This document shows positions 18,171-28,672 of a DNA stretch of 64,000 nucleotides, one piece after another; the stretch's first letter is position 1; every line of letters starts with the position of its first letter. The notes under the pieces were generated by a model. That model did not search any database, was not told the DNA's origin, and worked only from the letters and a program-made list of their open reading frames with translations. This stretch comes from a virus. The position numbers were made by a program, and so were the translations under genes. The DNA is taken from positions 32,001 through 96,000 of IMG/VR virus record IMGVR_UViG_3300025000_000064. One strand, 5' to 3'.

Positions 18171-18929
18171 ATGGGATATTTAGCTTTAACAAAACCAAAA
18201 ATAAATAAAATGTTCAAACTTATTTTATTGTTGGATTCAGACAAATTGGTTGCCAATAGGTTGAATATTGGGCTTCTTTGCTTTAGAAGATATATTTCTG
18301 AAGGGAAAGAGATAGAAACAAAGTTTGAAAAGCTGCTTGAGCTTCATGGTTTTTATTCTTACGATATATCTGATAAGTTAGATGATTTTGAAAACTTAAA
18401 ATTTGAATATGAAAGACAGTTCATGGAAGAAAATGACTTGGAAAAATTGGATTATTATTCAAGAAGACAGTTCAAGCATTACTTAAAATATCAAGAGGCT
18501 GTATATTTAGAAGAAATTGTTTCTGATATTGAATGGAACATATTGAAAAATATAACTTTTTCTAAAAATAACGATGTCCTGAATAGCAATATAAAAATAT
18601 ATATTCATTTTTACAGAACCTATATGAGAGCCAAATGCGCATTAGAAGAAGATTATTTAGCTAAACTTAAAGAAGTTATAACAGATGCCAAGAATATCAG
18701 AAGCTTAGAGAAGAGGCTTGCCAAATTAGACAAAGAGGAATTTCAAGACGAAGTTCCAGATAAAACCGTTAATAATAATTACAACTTTACAATTCTGGAT
18801 GGCTTATTGCAATATGAAAAAAATAAAACTTTGCCAAATCCAAATGTTCCAAGATTGACAGATGAATCAAATATCATTGATGTAGAATACGAAGTTGATA
18901 AAAACAAAGACGAGGAGTATGATTTATAA
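18171..18929 (+). CDS. hypothetical protein, possible terminase small subunit
   Basis: N-terminal HTH-like segment (VANRLNIGLLCFRRYISEG), helical core and C-terminal IIDVEY, an architecture common in TerS proteins; function not confirmed. Confidence 0.4.
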   Translation: MGYLALTKPKINKMFKLILLLDSDKLVANRLNIGLLCFRRYISEGKEIETKFEKLLELHGFYSYDISDKLDDFENLKFEYERQFMEENDLEKLDYYSRRQFKHYLKYQEAVYLEEIVSDIEWNILKNITFSKNNDVLNSNIKIYIHFYRTYMRAKCALEEDYLAKLKEVITDAKNIRSLEKRLAKLDKEEFQDEVPDKTVNNNYNFTILDGLLQYEKNKTLPNPNVPRLTDESNIIDVEYEVDKNKDEEYDL

Positions 18930-19339
18930 TGGACAGAATGGAAGAAGGTTGTGAATTTTTTGTTAAAGATACAAAAGGTTGCATGCTTGCAAATAATGTT
19001 AGCAAAGGTTGGAAAACAATAACCAATTTTAAATGCGAATATAATGATTGTTATTATAAACAATTTAAAGAGAAAAGCAAAAGGCTTAATGATTTATACA
19101 ATAACAGTTTAAAATTTAAGACCAATATATTTGATGCTTTAGAATTAGACGTTGATGGAAAACCCATTAGTGAAATAAAGACATTAAAAGATAGGGTTAG
19201 TGATTCTGAAAAAATATTGCATGATATAATAAGTAGAAAGAAGGGTTGTGATTGCGAATTACAATCTTGGGGATGTTCTGGTTTGGAACTATGTACTGTT
19301 ATTAGCCTAGTGGAAGATTATCTGAGAGGAATAAAATGA
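18929..19339 (+). CDS. hypothetical protein (Cys-rich)
   Basis: 136-aa ORF, TAATG-coupled. Confidence 0.65.
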   Translation: MDRMEEGCEFFVKDTKGCMLANNVSKGWKTITNFKCEYNDCYYKQFKEKSKRLNDLYNNSLKFKTNIFDALELDVDGKPISEIKTLKDRVSDSEKILHDIISRKKGCDCELQSWGCSGLELCTVISLVEDYLRGIK

Positions 19340-19481
19340 GTTTAACATTAAAACAAATTAGAGAAGTATTAAAGAGCTGTGCAGATGACGATGATTATAT
19401 TTTCGTAAAAGTAGAAGACTTAATGGAAGAATTAGAAAAAGCAGAACAATATCCTTAAATAATAAACAATAAGCAAACTAA

Positions 19482-19501
19482 AAGCCCTCTTTCGAGGGCT
19501 T
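19482..19501. terminator. terminator between convergent genes
   Basis: AAGCCCTC-TTTC-GAGGGCTT. Confidence 0.8.
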
Positions 19502-19529
19502 GTTTATGTCTAATTAGTTTACAATAATG

Positions 19530-19775
19530 TCAAACAACCTTTTCTGTTTCATAAACATTTTTAATATTTGTATTAAAGTATTTACCAATGCTTTCTGCTG
19601 CAATCAATTCATTAAAGACAACTTCTGGAACTTTATAGTAATTGTAAAGATTGCCTCTTGTAAATTCCACAACCAATGTTTGTGTTTTTGCCGAATATTC
19701 AACTGAAGCTATCATGCTTGAGTCAACTATTTGCTTCTTAATAACCCATACTTTGTTTTCTAAATTGTTTTCCAT
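19530..19775 (-). CDS. KTSC domain protein
   Basis: VDSSMIASVEY...LVVEF..G.LYNY..VP...F..L..AESIGKYFNTNIK. Confidence 0.9.
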   Translation of the reverse strand: MENNLENKVWVIKKQIVDSSMIASVEYSAKTQTLVVEFTRGNLYNYYKVPEVVFNELIAAESIGKYFNTNIKNVYETEKVV

Positions 19776-20219
19776 TTACATCTCCTTAATATATTCTTTT
19801 ATAACATTAAACAAAAATGAATATTGCTGATATGTGAATTCTTGTCTTTCAAATAAATCATTTCTTATTTTTTCATTGTTGAATGTTAATTTTATTATCT
19901 TATTATATCTCATGTCATTTATAAATGCAATGATATATTTTGTTGATTTATTTAAATATAACATTTTTAATATTTCAAAAACTTCTAATTGAGATATGTC
20001 ATATTCTCTGCCAGTCTTATTTTCAGGTCTATATTCGTCCAAATATATTTCCAATATCATTCTAGCGTCTTCAATGGTCATATATCTTAGACATTTTAAG
20101 TTTGGAATTAATTTATGTCTTAACATACAGGGAGGAGATTTAACATGTTTTTCTCCCTGTTCATACAATGAATCCGCAACGGAGAATGAATCATCAATAA
20201 CATCTTTAACACATAACAT
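19776..20219 (-). CDS. hypothetical protein
   Basis: 147-aa ORF. Confidence 0.65.
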   Translation of the reverse strand: MLCVKDVIDDSFSVADSLYEQGEKHVKSPPCMLRHKLIPNLKCLRYMTIEDARMILEIYLDEYRPENKTGREYDISQLEVFEILKMLYLNKSTKYIIAFINDMRYNKIIKLTFNNEKIRNDLFERQEFTYQQYSFLFNVIKEYIKEM

Positions 20220-20298
20220 ATATACTTCCCTTTCTTATCTTTCTACTATTTAATTATATACCATTGGGCAATATAAATAAACATATATTTAGAGGATG

Positions 20299-20571
20299 TT
20301 ATATATTTGTTACAATATTAAAAGGCTGTACATTTGTCATGCTCTTTGTTAATTCTATGGTAAAACAAAGCTTTCTCTCTTTTTTATATTTCTTCTTCAG
20401 TTTCCTTGGAAGTTTTGTTCTCTTTACCTTGTATCTGATTATATTATTTTTAGCACACATATTATCAAGATAAAGAGATATATTATTTTTATATAATTTT
20501 TGCTTGTCTATAATAGGTGTGACTAAATAATGTTTTAAATACTCACATAATTCATTCTTTATATTTTCCAT
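20299..20571 (-). CDS. hypothetical protein
   Basis: 90-aa basic ORF. Confidence 0.55.
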   Translation of the reverse strand: MENIKNELCEYLKHYLVTPIIDKQKLYKNNISLYLDNMCAKNNIIRYKVKRTKLPRKLKKKYKKERKLCFTIELTKSMTNVQPFNIVTNI

Positions 20572-22418
20572 GAATATTTACCTTTATGATTTATCATATT
20601 GATTAGAGTTCTGCTTCCATTTGGATATATAATTCCCATGCAGTGAATCCATGCACTTGGACCTTTAACATATGTTAATTTTAGTTTAGACAATGTTCCT
20701 GTCTGATAAACTCCTCTATGGATGCATGGAGAATGAGAGTGACATATAAATGATTTTTCATAGCATCTTTCTATATTTTTAGCAGAACCCTTACTTCCAT
20801 TTGGACCAAGATGTCCATGATTATTCATCTGAATACCACTTATTTTATAATCTTCATCATAATCTAGCCATTTTACTTCTATATCTTTAGATATTCCGAT
20901 TTGTTCTTCCATCATAAATTTTAAAGGATTTTTGCCATCTATCAAAGCTTTGCATAAATCTAAAGAATATCTTAAATTACATGGGTCATTTATGAATCTT
21001 CCCTCTTCCAAATATCTATCAAGAAAAGCATCATGGTTTGACCGAACAATAAATATTTTGCCATCAATCCAACTCCCAACATCTTCAAGATATGCTTTTA
21101 TTATGTTGCCTTCTTTTTCTATTGAGCTTATCCCCTGCAAGTTATTTATGGCTCTTATTGCTGGTTTATTTTGTATATGGTGACTTATGCATTCCCCATC
21201 AAATATATCGTGTAAAAATATGTCTTTTATATTATTAAAATAAACAATTTTTTTTACTTCTTTGTGAATATTATCATCTTTTACTGATATGTGAGAATCA
21301 CCAAAGACAGCCGTTGAGCCAAATATATCCTGTATGCTTCCATCTGAGAAATATTCTGTATTTAAATCGGCTATACTATTATTGTCGCTTATTTGTATTT
21401 GCCTGAAATGAAATATTTCATCACTCTCTATTTCTACAACTATAGCTCCTATTATATGGTCATTTTCTGCTATTTTAGATAATCTCTTACTCATATAATA
21501 GTCATTAGAATTATAATCATTCTCCGTTATTGCACCTGTACTCATTATAGCTAAAGGTAGCTTATAATTAGAAGTGGGAATGAACTCTAAGAATTGCTTT
21601 GTTGAGGCTAAAATCATGCTTCCATTTTTTTGAGCTAAACGAGATAAGCCAGTTAAAGGCAATATTTGTTTGGCTGATACTTTTATGTCGGACAGAAATA
21701 TATTATTATTAAGATAAGTATCATCATGAATAACACAAAAATCTTTTAATTTAGGAGGAAGTTGCCATTGGTATTCGCTAATTCTGCTTGCTATATCTTC
21801 ACATGGCAATATTAAAACTAAGGCATCGTTATTTTCTGAATAATTCTTTAAAGCTTTATAAAAACCTTCATGTATTTTCTTTCCAGAAACTGCGGTTGTT
21901 ATTACGAATCTTTTATATCTCTTTATTTTTTCATTTACTTTGTCATCGTATTCTTTTGTTAGCATACTTTCGTTTAATATATTTTCATTCAATTCTGGAT
22001 AATCTAATAATGTTTGATTATATAGTTCCATCATATTAGAATATTCTTCTTTAAAATTTAATTTTGTTTTAAAGAAACTTTCATAGTCTTTTTTTGTTGG
22101 AACAAAATTATTTAATTCTATATATTTTTTTAAATTATCTTTAATTACTTTAAATGTCAAATCTTCGCTTTTTATATTTAGCTTAAGTTGAGGCTGAGTA
22201 ATCGGCACTGGAAAAAATAAATTTCTTGCAACTGCAAAGCCACCAAGTTCTGTTAAGTTGTCTTTATGGATACGAGGACTAAAATTATTATCAATAACAC
22301 AACGTATATATTCATCTCTTTTTATTTCATTAACGGGAATGTTTAATAAAACAGAAACTTCTTTCATTGAAGATTTAAATAATTCAATTAAATCTTTATT
22401 GGGAATATTCTTAACCAT
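20559..22418 (-). CDS. T5 A1-like calcineurin-type metallophosphoesterase/nuclease
   Basis: RFVITTA, GAIVVEIE..FRQ, GDSH, HDIFDG, SNHD, HGHLGPNGSKGS, CHSHSP, GPSAW follow the A1-family motif order as recalled. Confidence 0.7.
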   Translation of the reverse strand: MVKNIPNKDLIELFKSSMKEVSVLLNIPVNEIKRDEYIRCVIDNNFSPRIHKDNLTELGGFAVARNLFFPVPITQPQLKLNIKSEDLTFKVIKDNLKKYIELNNFVPTKKDYESFFKTKLNFKEEYSNMMELYNQTLLDYPELNENILNESMLTKEYDDKVNEKIKRYKRFVITTAVSGKKIHEGFYKALKNYSENNDALVLILPCEDIASRISEYQWQLPPKLKDFCVIHDDTYLNNNIFLSDIKVSAKQILPLTGLSRLAQKNGSMILASTKQFLEFIPTSNYKLPLAIMSTGAITENDYNSNDYYMSKRLSKIAENDHIIGAIVVEIESDEIFHFRQIQISDNNSIADLNTEYFSDGSIQDIFGSTAVFGDSHISVKDDNIHKEVKKIVYFNNIKDIFLHDIFDGECISHHIQNKPAIRAINNLQGISSIEKEGNIIKAYLEDVGSWIDGKIFIVRSNHDAFLDRYLEEGRFINDPCNLRYSLDLCKALIDGKNPLKFMMEEQIGISKDIEVKWLDYDEDYKISGIQMNNHGHLGPNGSKGSAKNIERCYEKSFICHSHSPCIHRGVYQTGTLSKLKLTYVKGPSAWIHCMGIIYPNGSRTLINMINHKGKYSWKI

Positions 22419-22536
22419 GATTCTCTCTTTCTATTTTACTAAAGCTTCTAACAAATGAATATTATATCCTATTGTAAATCCTATTAAGCAGAAAAATATT
22501 GCTACTGCAAACATAAATTCTATGATGTATTTATTT

Positions 22537-23031
22537 TTATTCATAGCTATTCACATATTTCGTATAATGCCAAGTATCAATGCCATATTTTTTAAACATA
22601 TCACAATTTTTTTTAGAATCGTCTATTGCTAATATTGGATTGTAATCAGGCAATATCATTTTAGTTAATATTTCTTCTTTTACAATATCTGAATGGTTAT
22701 AATCATTATATTTTCTCATTAATAATTTATGAGGAGATTGTATTGGAGCAAAGCCGTTGAATGCCAAATCTAATTGATTTAAAGTTATATTCAAAGTATT
22801 ATGTCCAACTAAAGACAGTTCTCTGCTCGTGACAAAGAATATGGGATATTTTTGAGATAGATATTTGATATAGTCAATCATAAAATAATTAGGCTTGCAT
22901 AGATGATACATTGTATTGAATCTATCCCATCCTTTTCTGTCTGTTTTAATCAAGGGAACTTCTTTTTCTAGTTCTCTTGAATCAAAAATGCAATTGTCAA
23001 TATCTGCTATTATTATCTTTACTTTGTCCAT
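22537..23031 (-). CDS. HAD-family phosphatase (polynucleotide 3'-phosphatase-like)
   Basis: DIDNCIFD, FVTSR, IVKEE, AIDD. Confidence 0.8.
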   Translation of the reverse strand: MDKVKIIIADIDNCIFDSRELEKEVPLIKTDRKGWDRFNTMYHLCKPNYFMIDYIKYLSQKYPIFFVTSRELSLVGHNTLNITLNQLDLAFNGFAPIQSPHKLLMRKYNDYNHSDIVKEEILTKMILPDYNPILAIDDSKKNCDMFKKYGIDTWHYTKYVNSYE

Positions 23032-23646
23032 TTACGAATATTTATCCTGCTTTATCAATTCTAAATCAACTTCGATTGAATTACCAGAAATCTCATTGCC
23101 TACACAAACCCAATTACTTCGCTGTCTTCTAGCAAAAACTTCCAACATATTTCCTTCTGTTCCATAAAGTTGCTCTATTCTATTTTGTGCTTCTTCTGGT
23201 TTTTTAGAATGTATCCCTCTTGGCTCAATCATTATTTGCTTTATGTCTTTTCTTATTCTTTTTAGACCTTTTCCTCTTTTACCAATCAATAATAATTCAG
23301 CATTTCCATTAAAATAATGACCAAGCCCAGAATATATTCCACCTTTTAGCGTTATATCTTTACCTTCTTTTGTCACTTCTCCCTTTGGGTTAATTTTTAC
23401 CCATACCAAACCACAAGTTATATATTTAAATCCATTTCTTTCTATAAATTCAATACCTTCTTTGAGCTTTGGCATTGTTGACCACGAGAATAATAATGAA
23501 TCATTTTCTGCAACATCTGACAAGTTTAAATTATATAGGTCTTCATTTACCATGCTTTTATATGTTAGTCCACCCATAGCTGGGTCATTATTTTTTTTAT
23601 CGTTATAATCCCAAGGACAATCCGCAACTATTTTTGAAAATTTCAT
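23032..23646 (-). CDS. MT-A70 family adenine methyltransferase
   Basis: IVADCPWDY, LFSWST, WVK, HSKKPE, LEVFARR. Confidence 0.85.
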   Translation of the reverse strand: MKFSKIVADCPWDYNDKKNNDPAMGGLTYKSMVNEDLYNLNLSDVAENDSLLFSWSTMPKLKEGIEFIERNGFKYITCGLVWVKINPKGEVTKEGKDITLKGGIYSGLGHYFNGNAELLLIGKRGKGLKRIRKDIKQIMIEPRGIHSKKPEEAQNRIEQLYGTEGNMLEVFARRQRSNWVCVGNEISGNSIEVDLELIKQDKYS

Positions 23647-23882
23647 ACGCTCTCACTTAATCATAAATTAAAACTTAAAATAAAAATATTTGGGGAAATA
23701 GATATATTAAAAATTATTTACCCAAATATAAACAAAATCACGCTTATCCCACAATATCTAACAGCCTACCTGTTTTGTTATTTCTTCTATCTGGCAACAG
23801 AGAAGTTTCAACTGGTCTGAATTCTAAACTGCTTTTATGTATTTTAGAATCATAATTTGGATTATAAATTTCTGTTGGTATT

Positions 23883-24209
23883 TTATTGATTTCCACTCTC
23901 TTCATCTTTTAACAAATCTCTTAATTTTTGACTGAATAATTTTGCCTTTGGAATTGATGTTAAAACAAATCTTGTTTTTTCTTCTAAGGAGTTAATCTTT
24001 GTTTCAAATTGAGAAATGATTTCATGCATTTTTTCTTTTAACAAAATTGTTTCTTCGCTGAATTCACTCACTTCTAAGTAAGCTTTGTCGATTGATTTAT
24101 CAATAACATCTGCTAATAAATTTGTTACTTTGTTGATTAAATCAACTGTTTTTGATAACTTTGGAATAAACATATTCACCTCTTTATTCTTAAAACTAAA
24201 ACCAAACAT
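23883..24209 (-). CDS. hypothetical protein (coiled coil)
   Basis: 108-aa ORF. Confidence 0.6.
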   Translation of the reverse strand: MFGFSFKNKEVNMFIPKLSKTVDLINKVTNLLADVIDKSIDKAYLEVSEFSEETILLKEKMHEIISQFETKINSLEEKTRFVLTSIPKAKLFSQKLRDLLKDEESGNQ

Positions 24210-24398
24210 TTATTTCTCTCCCTTGCAGCGTTCTATAAAATCTCCAATCCACTCTGGGGTATCTATTGTCCTGCTTTTTTGATGATAATATCTATAACAT
24301 CTTTGGCATTGCACATATCTCATCTCTGGCTTTGCAAAATACATAACTTTGCAATTTGGACATATTATTTGTTTTAAACTATTTATTAATGCACTCAT
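24210..24398 (-). CDS. hypothetical zinc-ribbon protein
   Basis: CPNC...CQRC. Confidence 0.6.
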   Translation of the reverse strand: MSALINSLKQIICPNCKVMYFAKPEMRYVQCQRCYRYYHQKSRTIDTPEWIGDFIERCKGEK

Positions 24399-24432
24399 GT
24401 TATATCCATCTTTATATCTCTTACACTTATAA

Positions 24433-24461
24433 ATTATGTATCATCTTATATATTTTGTCAA
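24433..24461 (-). promoter_or_regulatory. sigma70/sigmaA-type promoter
   Basis: TTGACA-N17-CATAAT. Confidence 0.6.
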
Positions 24462-24646
24462 GACACCTTTGATTTCCATTTTGATTTAGAAGATGTTATA
24501 TGGAATCCATTACAGGACCTGCAATAATAAACAGACAACTTAACTTTCTTGTTCTTTGCTGCCTTCATAGCTTTATCTGCTGTGTCAAATCTTTTCTTTC
24601 TTAAACATCCATTTAAGAAACTCTTAACAAATTTATCATTGCTCAT
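24458..24646 (-). CDS. hypothetical Zn-binding protein
   Basis: C.RKKRF...YYCRSCNGFHITS. Confidence 0.6.
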   Translation of the reverse strand: MSNDKFVKSFLNGCLRKKRFDTADKAMKAAKNKKVKLSVYYCRSCNGFHITSSKSKWKSKVS

Positions 24647-24654
24647 CTTAGCAC

Positions 24655-24894
24655 CTAATTCGACATATACTCTTTTCTTGCTTTTCTGATAAAGTTTAAA
24701 GCATCAATTTTACTAACTCTGTGTTTTTTCCACTTACCATAAGTTGTGCAATCTTCAACAATAGTAAAGCCTTTATCATATCCTAAGCCATAATCATTTG
24801 AATATACTAACTTGTTATTGTTTGAATTTATATATCCATAATAATGAGGATTGCTTCTTTTATTATAGTTTATATTCTCATAAAAGTTTTTCAT
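24655..24894 (-). CDS. hypothetical protein
   Basis: 79-aa ORF. Confidence 0.55.
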   Translation of the reverse strand: MKNFYENINYNKRSNPHYYGYINSNNNKLVYSNDYGLGYDKGFTIVEDCTTYGKWKKHRVSKIDALNFIRKARKEYMSN

Positions 24895-25018
24895 TTAAAA
24901 GATAGCTTTACATGCTAGAAAAATAATAACAGCAGACAATAAGAGAAATGTTAACTGCGACACTACGATGGCTATTATTTGCTCAACTTTATTCATCATA
25001 TTTCCTTTCATGAAGTTA

Positions 25019-25855
25019 TCATAAATACCTATTTAATTCATCTCTTATAATTACATTATCGTCTATAAGCTTATCTTTGTCAATATGTGTTATTTTTGAA
25101 TATTCTTCTTTAAATAAATTTTCTGATTGCAAATATATGTTATATAATAGTCTCCAGTGACTACCAATATTTTTATTAAATTCTTTATTATTATTATAAG
25201 CAGTTCCACCCTGAATTATCTTGTTTTTAAATCTATCATAACTTAATATTGGATAGTGTCTAATTATCATCTCTTTAGATATTAAAGGATAACAATCTAA
25301 AGACAGGTCAACACCATGATTCCCCTGCCAATTTGAAACGAAATTAGATAAAGAATATATGGCTTTATATTTATTTGCTTCGCAAGAATTTACAGCATTG
25401 AATAAGTTATATATCTTGCTTAATAATTCAGATGAATATTCTTTGCCTGTTGTTCTGTACTTAAATTCAGTAAAGTGTTTATTTACCTCTGGGAAATAAT
25501 TATGGAAAGGTATTTTTATTATATCCGAAACCAAAAATCCTGATTCTAATTGTTCTCTGTCAATATCCCAGAACTCATCAGCATCGCAACAAAAACAATG
25601 AGTGCAATTATATTTATGTTTAGCCAACAAGGACATTCTGTTATTCCAAACATATTGATTATAGTTATTGTCTTTTTCTATAATCAACTCATCAATAACC
25701 TGTTTTTGATATAGACTTTCCAATATCTCCCTTGTTTTATCATCAGAGTTATTATCGGTTACAATAATAACATCTGCAATATTTTTATGATAAGAGATAT
25801 TGTATTTTATTATATCTTCTTCGTTTTTTACCAACAAGCATTGTGCTAATTTCAT
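25019..25855 (-). CDS. GT-A glycosyltransferase (family 2-like)
   Basis: LVKNEEDII, VTDNNSDD, CDADEFW (DxD), RHYP. Confidence 0.85.
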   Translation of the reverse strand: MKLAQCLLVKNEEDIIKYNISYHKNIADVIIVTDNNSDDKTREILESLYQKQVIDELIIEKDNNYNQYVWNNRMSLLAKHKYNCTHCFCCDADEFWDIDREQLESGFLVSDIIKIPFHNYFPEVNKHFTEFKYRTTGKEYSSELLSKIYNLFNAVNSCEANKYKAIYSLSNFVSNWQGNHGVDLSLDCYPLISKEMIIRHYPILSYDRFKNKIIQGGTAYNNNKEFNKNIGSHWRLLYNIYLQSENLFKEEYSKITHIDKDKLIDDNVIIRDELNRYL

Positions 25856-25862
25856 AATTTAC

Positions 25863-26546
25863 CTATTCAAGTATTTCTACGTCTAATTGTTTTACAGGGC
25901 ACACTTCTCCATCTCCTAATGCCTCATAAAGAGTTTTGTTAATAAACTTCTTGCCAGTCACTTGCTCCAAACTCCATCTTAAGAACTCTTCTTGTGTGTC
26001 GAATTGATAAATATTTTCATCTAAAAATATTTCTATAAACTTCTTTATGTCTTTCATACATCCTTGTCCACTACGAATGTTACCCCTATTATGTGAAAGT
26101 TCTTTAAAAATATAAGAGAGGTTTTGTTCTTTGGTTAAAATATTTATTTCGCCATCGATATATGATGCATATATCTTATACTTGTCAATATCGTTAATAC
26201 TAACTTCGTCAGGATGCCAAACTAATTCTTCTTCAGTTTTTATTTCTTCAACTTTAGGAAACTCTCTACAACCCATTATGAATCTTGCTAAGTCTTGTTG
26301 GTTGTCTAGGATGTAGATAGGTGTTGCCACACAAGTTAACACATTTAAAAAGCCTTCAAATTCACTTACTAATTTACTTGAATTTAGCTCTCTTATTTCA
26401 AAACTATGATTAAAGTTTCTAGTTATTTGTCTTAATGTTTCAGGTTTACCAAGTGTTTCATAGACATAAATCTTAGAGCTATCAAACTCAGGAAACTTCT
26501 TAACTGTCTGTGTTTTTGGTTTATTTACTACTATTTTAATTGCCAT
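25863..26546 (-). CDS. hypothetical protein
   Basis: 227-aa ORF. Confidence 0.7.
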   Translation of the reverse strand: MAIKIVVNKPKTQTVKKFPEFDSSKIYVYETLGKPETLRQITRNFNHSFEIRELNSSKLVSEFEGFLNVLTCVATPIYILDNQQDLARFIMGCREFPKVEEIKTEEELVWHPDEVSINDIDKYKIYASYIDGEINILTKEQNLSYIFKELSHNRGNIRSGQGCMKDIKKFIEIFLDENIYQFDTQEEFLRWSLEQVTGKKFINKTLYEALGDGEVCPVKQLDVEILE

Positions 26547-26690
26547 TATTTATCATCTCCATCTTTAACATCTAAAAACATTGATTCCCATGAACCCTTA
26601 CCAACTTCTCCAAAGTTGTCCCCATAAATAATACTGCTTTCTTCTTTTTCTAATTCTTTATAAATATCATAAGCTGTTCTTGCTGACATA

Positions 26691-27080
26691 TTAATATTCC
26701 TTTATGTTTAAGTTATATCTTCCATTTAACATTTTGCTGACTAAGTGTCTATGGCAGAAATCATTTTTATTCTCATAACATAATAGAAATATATTTTCTT
26801 CATTTATTGATTCAAAAAATTTACTTATTCCACCAGAAGCTTCTATTTTATATAATTTATAAAACAATGATTCATTGAATGATTTGACATACTCTTCTTC
26901 GTCAATTAATCTATTTTTATATAAAGATAAAAGTTCTTTACTTGGCATAAATTCATATATTGCTTCATCGATATATTCTCTAAATTTAGCATAATATCTT
27001 GCAATTGTGCAAAAATAAGGATTATTAATTTCTTTTTTTATTCTCTTTATGTTTCCAAAATATGATGTATAAATATTCAT
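26691..27080 (-). CDS. DUF488-like protein
   Basis: IYTSYF...LLCYE....CHRHLV. Confidence 0.65.
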   Translation of the reverse strand: MNIYTSYFGNIKRIKKEINNPYFCTIARYYAKFREYIDEAIYEFMPSKELLSLYKNRLIDEEEYVKSFNESLFYKLYKIEASGGISKFFESINEENIFLLCYENKNDFCHRHLVSKMLNGRYNLNIKEY

Positions 27081-27109
27081 TTCATGCGTATTCCTTTATT
27101 ACTTCATAT

Positions 27110-27138
27110 ATTATGAATTATTTTATTATTTTTGTCAA
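27110..27138 (-). promoter_or_regulatory. sigma70/sigmaA-type promoter
   Basis: TTGACA-N17-CATAAT. Confidence 0.6.
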
Positions 27139-27935
27139 GCAATTATATCATTTACATTAATTATATTATATTTTTGTGATATGTTATATGTTAAAAGCTT
27201 TTCATTCAATATAGATAAGCATTTCATCTTAAAGAATTCATATGTTTCTTTTGTTACTTTAAATTTAGAATGCCATTTATTTTCAATCCAATTACCAATA
27301 TTTCTTTGCAAATCAATACTTATTTTATTCATAAAGGGGTTATTTATATTATCTGAAATATAATTGCTCGTATCTTCTTTTTTTATAGAAACAAATGATA
27401 TTTCATTAACAATGCTCTTTGGCATATAAAAAATATTTGTTCTCATCCATGAATGAATATCTTTATAGTCGTTATTATATTCTATCGTAAATAATTTGCA
27501 ATTATTTTCTTTTCTATTATATAAATTGTCTACTTTCCCAACAACTACATTGTCTTCAATGCATTTATCAATACATGTTTTATCAAATAATTTCTTGTTA
27601 AGAAAATAATCATTTGTAATAAAACTATCATTAATAAGCAGAACTGAATCATATGAATATTCATATCTTATTATATAGTTTCTAGCCTTTTGCCATCCGC
27701 TAAATTCCCATTCATGATTATTACCTTTTATTTTTATTGTCTTAAATTTAGAAAAAATTTCATCAGCACAAATCCAATCATCTGGATAATAACATTCTTC
27801 ACATTTATTATCTATTTTTACAATTTCAATATTATAAAAGGGTTTTAATTTATTTAGATATATTTGTAATATATCCCATGAATAAGGATATTTATTATTA
27901 TCATATTCAACATATAAAACACATATATTTTTCAT
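27135..27935 (-). CDS. putative glycosyltransferase-like protein, WEFSG paralogue 3
   Basis: DN...N..WEFSGW, LINDSF, WMRTNIFY, WHSKF. Confidence 0.55.
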   Translation of the reverse strand: MKNICVLYVEYDNNKYPYSWDILQIYLNKLKPFYNIEIVKIDNKCEECYYPDDWICADEIFSKFKTIKIKGNNHEWEFSGWQKARNYIIRYEYSYDSVLLINDSFITNDYFLNKKLFDKTCIDKCIEDNVVVGKVDNLYNRKENNCKLFTIEYNNDYKDIHSWMRTNIFYMPKSIVNEISFVSIKKEDTSNYISDNINNPFMNKISIDLQRNIGNWIENKWHSKFKVTKETYEFFKMKCLSILNEKLLTYNISQKYNIINVNDIIA

Positions 27936-27936
27936 A

Positions 27937-28662
27937 TTATCCTATGTCCTCTGTTATTCTTGTATATAAAGATAATTCATTTAGCAACATCAAACTTTTC
28001 ATCCTGAAGAAATCCCACTCTTTTTCTATATTTATAGGGCTATGCCAATGCAATTGTAAGTTTCTTACAATATTGTTTTTTGCAACTGAATTAATAGGAG
28101 CGCCTAATAATATGTATGGATAACTTGCATTTGAAGAGATGCATTTATCTATGAAATCAATATTGAGAGTTACCAGTGTTTTTATTTTATTTATAATATT
28201 TTTGGACAACATGAAACAATGCGTTCTCATGTATTTTTTTATATTATACTTATCAATTATTAGTTCATATGGTTCTGCATCTAATATATTACCAATAATT
28301 TTATCATTTTTTCTGCATTCATAAACACAGTTGTCGTTAATAATAACCGAAGGGCTATCATTTCCACCTGGGGCTAAAAATGAATCATTAACAAATAATA
28401 TAGAACTATAATCATCGTTAATGGATTTTAAATATTCGATAACCTTTGTGTGACCAGAAAACTCCCAACAAGTATTATCTCCATCAATATATGTTATATT
28501 ATCTTTAATTATTGGATTGAATAAATTGCTAGACCTTTTATTGTCCACAACAATTATTTCAACATAATGATTTTTAATTTTTTTAAGATATTTTATAAGA
28601 TATAATAATGAGCTTGGATATTTTTCAGTATTATATTGTACAAAAGAAACAATTAATTTCAT
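27937..28662 (-). CDS. putative glycosyltransferase-like protein, WEFSG paralogue 2
   Basis: GDNTCWEFSGH, FVNDSF, YMRTHCF, WHSPI. Confidence 0.55.
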   Translation of the reverse strand: MKLIVSFVQYNTEKYPSSLLYLIKYLKKIKNHYVEIIVVDNKRSSNLFNPIIKDNITYIDGDNTCWEFSGHTKVIEYLKSINDDYSSILFVNDSFLAPGGNDSPSVIINDNCVYECRKNDKIIGNILDAEPYELIIDKYNIKKYMRTHCFMLSKNIINKIKTLVTLNIDFIDKCISSNASYPYILLGAPINSVAKNNIVRNLQLHWHSPINIEKEWDFFRMKSLMLLNELSLYTRITEDIG

Positions 28663-28672
28663 ATAATTTCCT

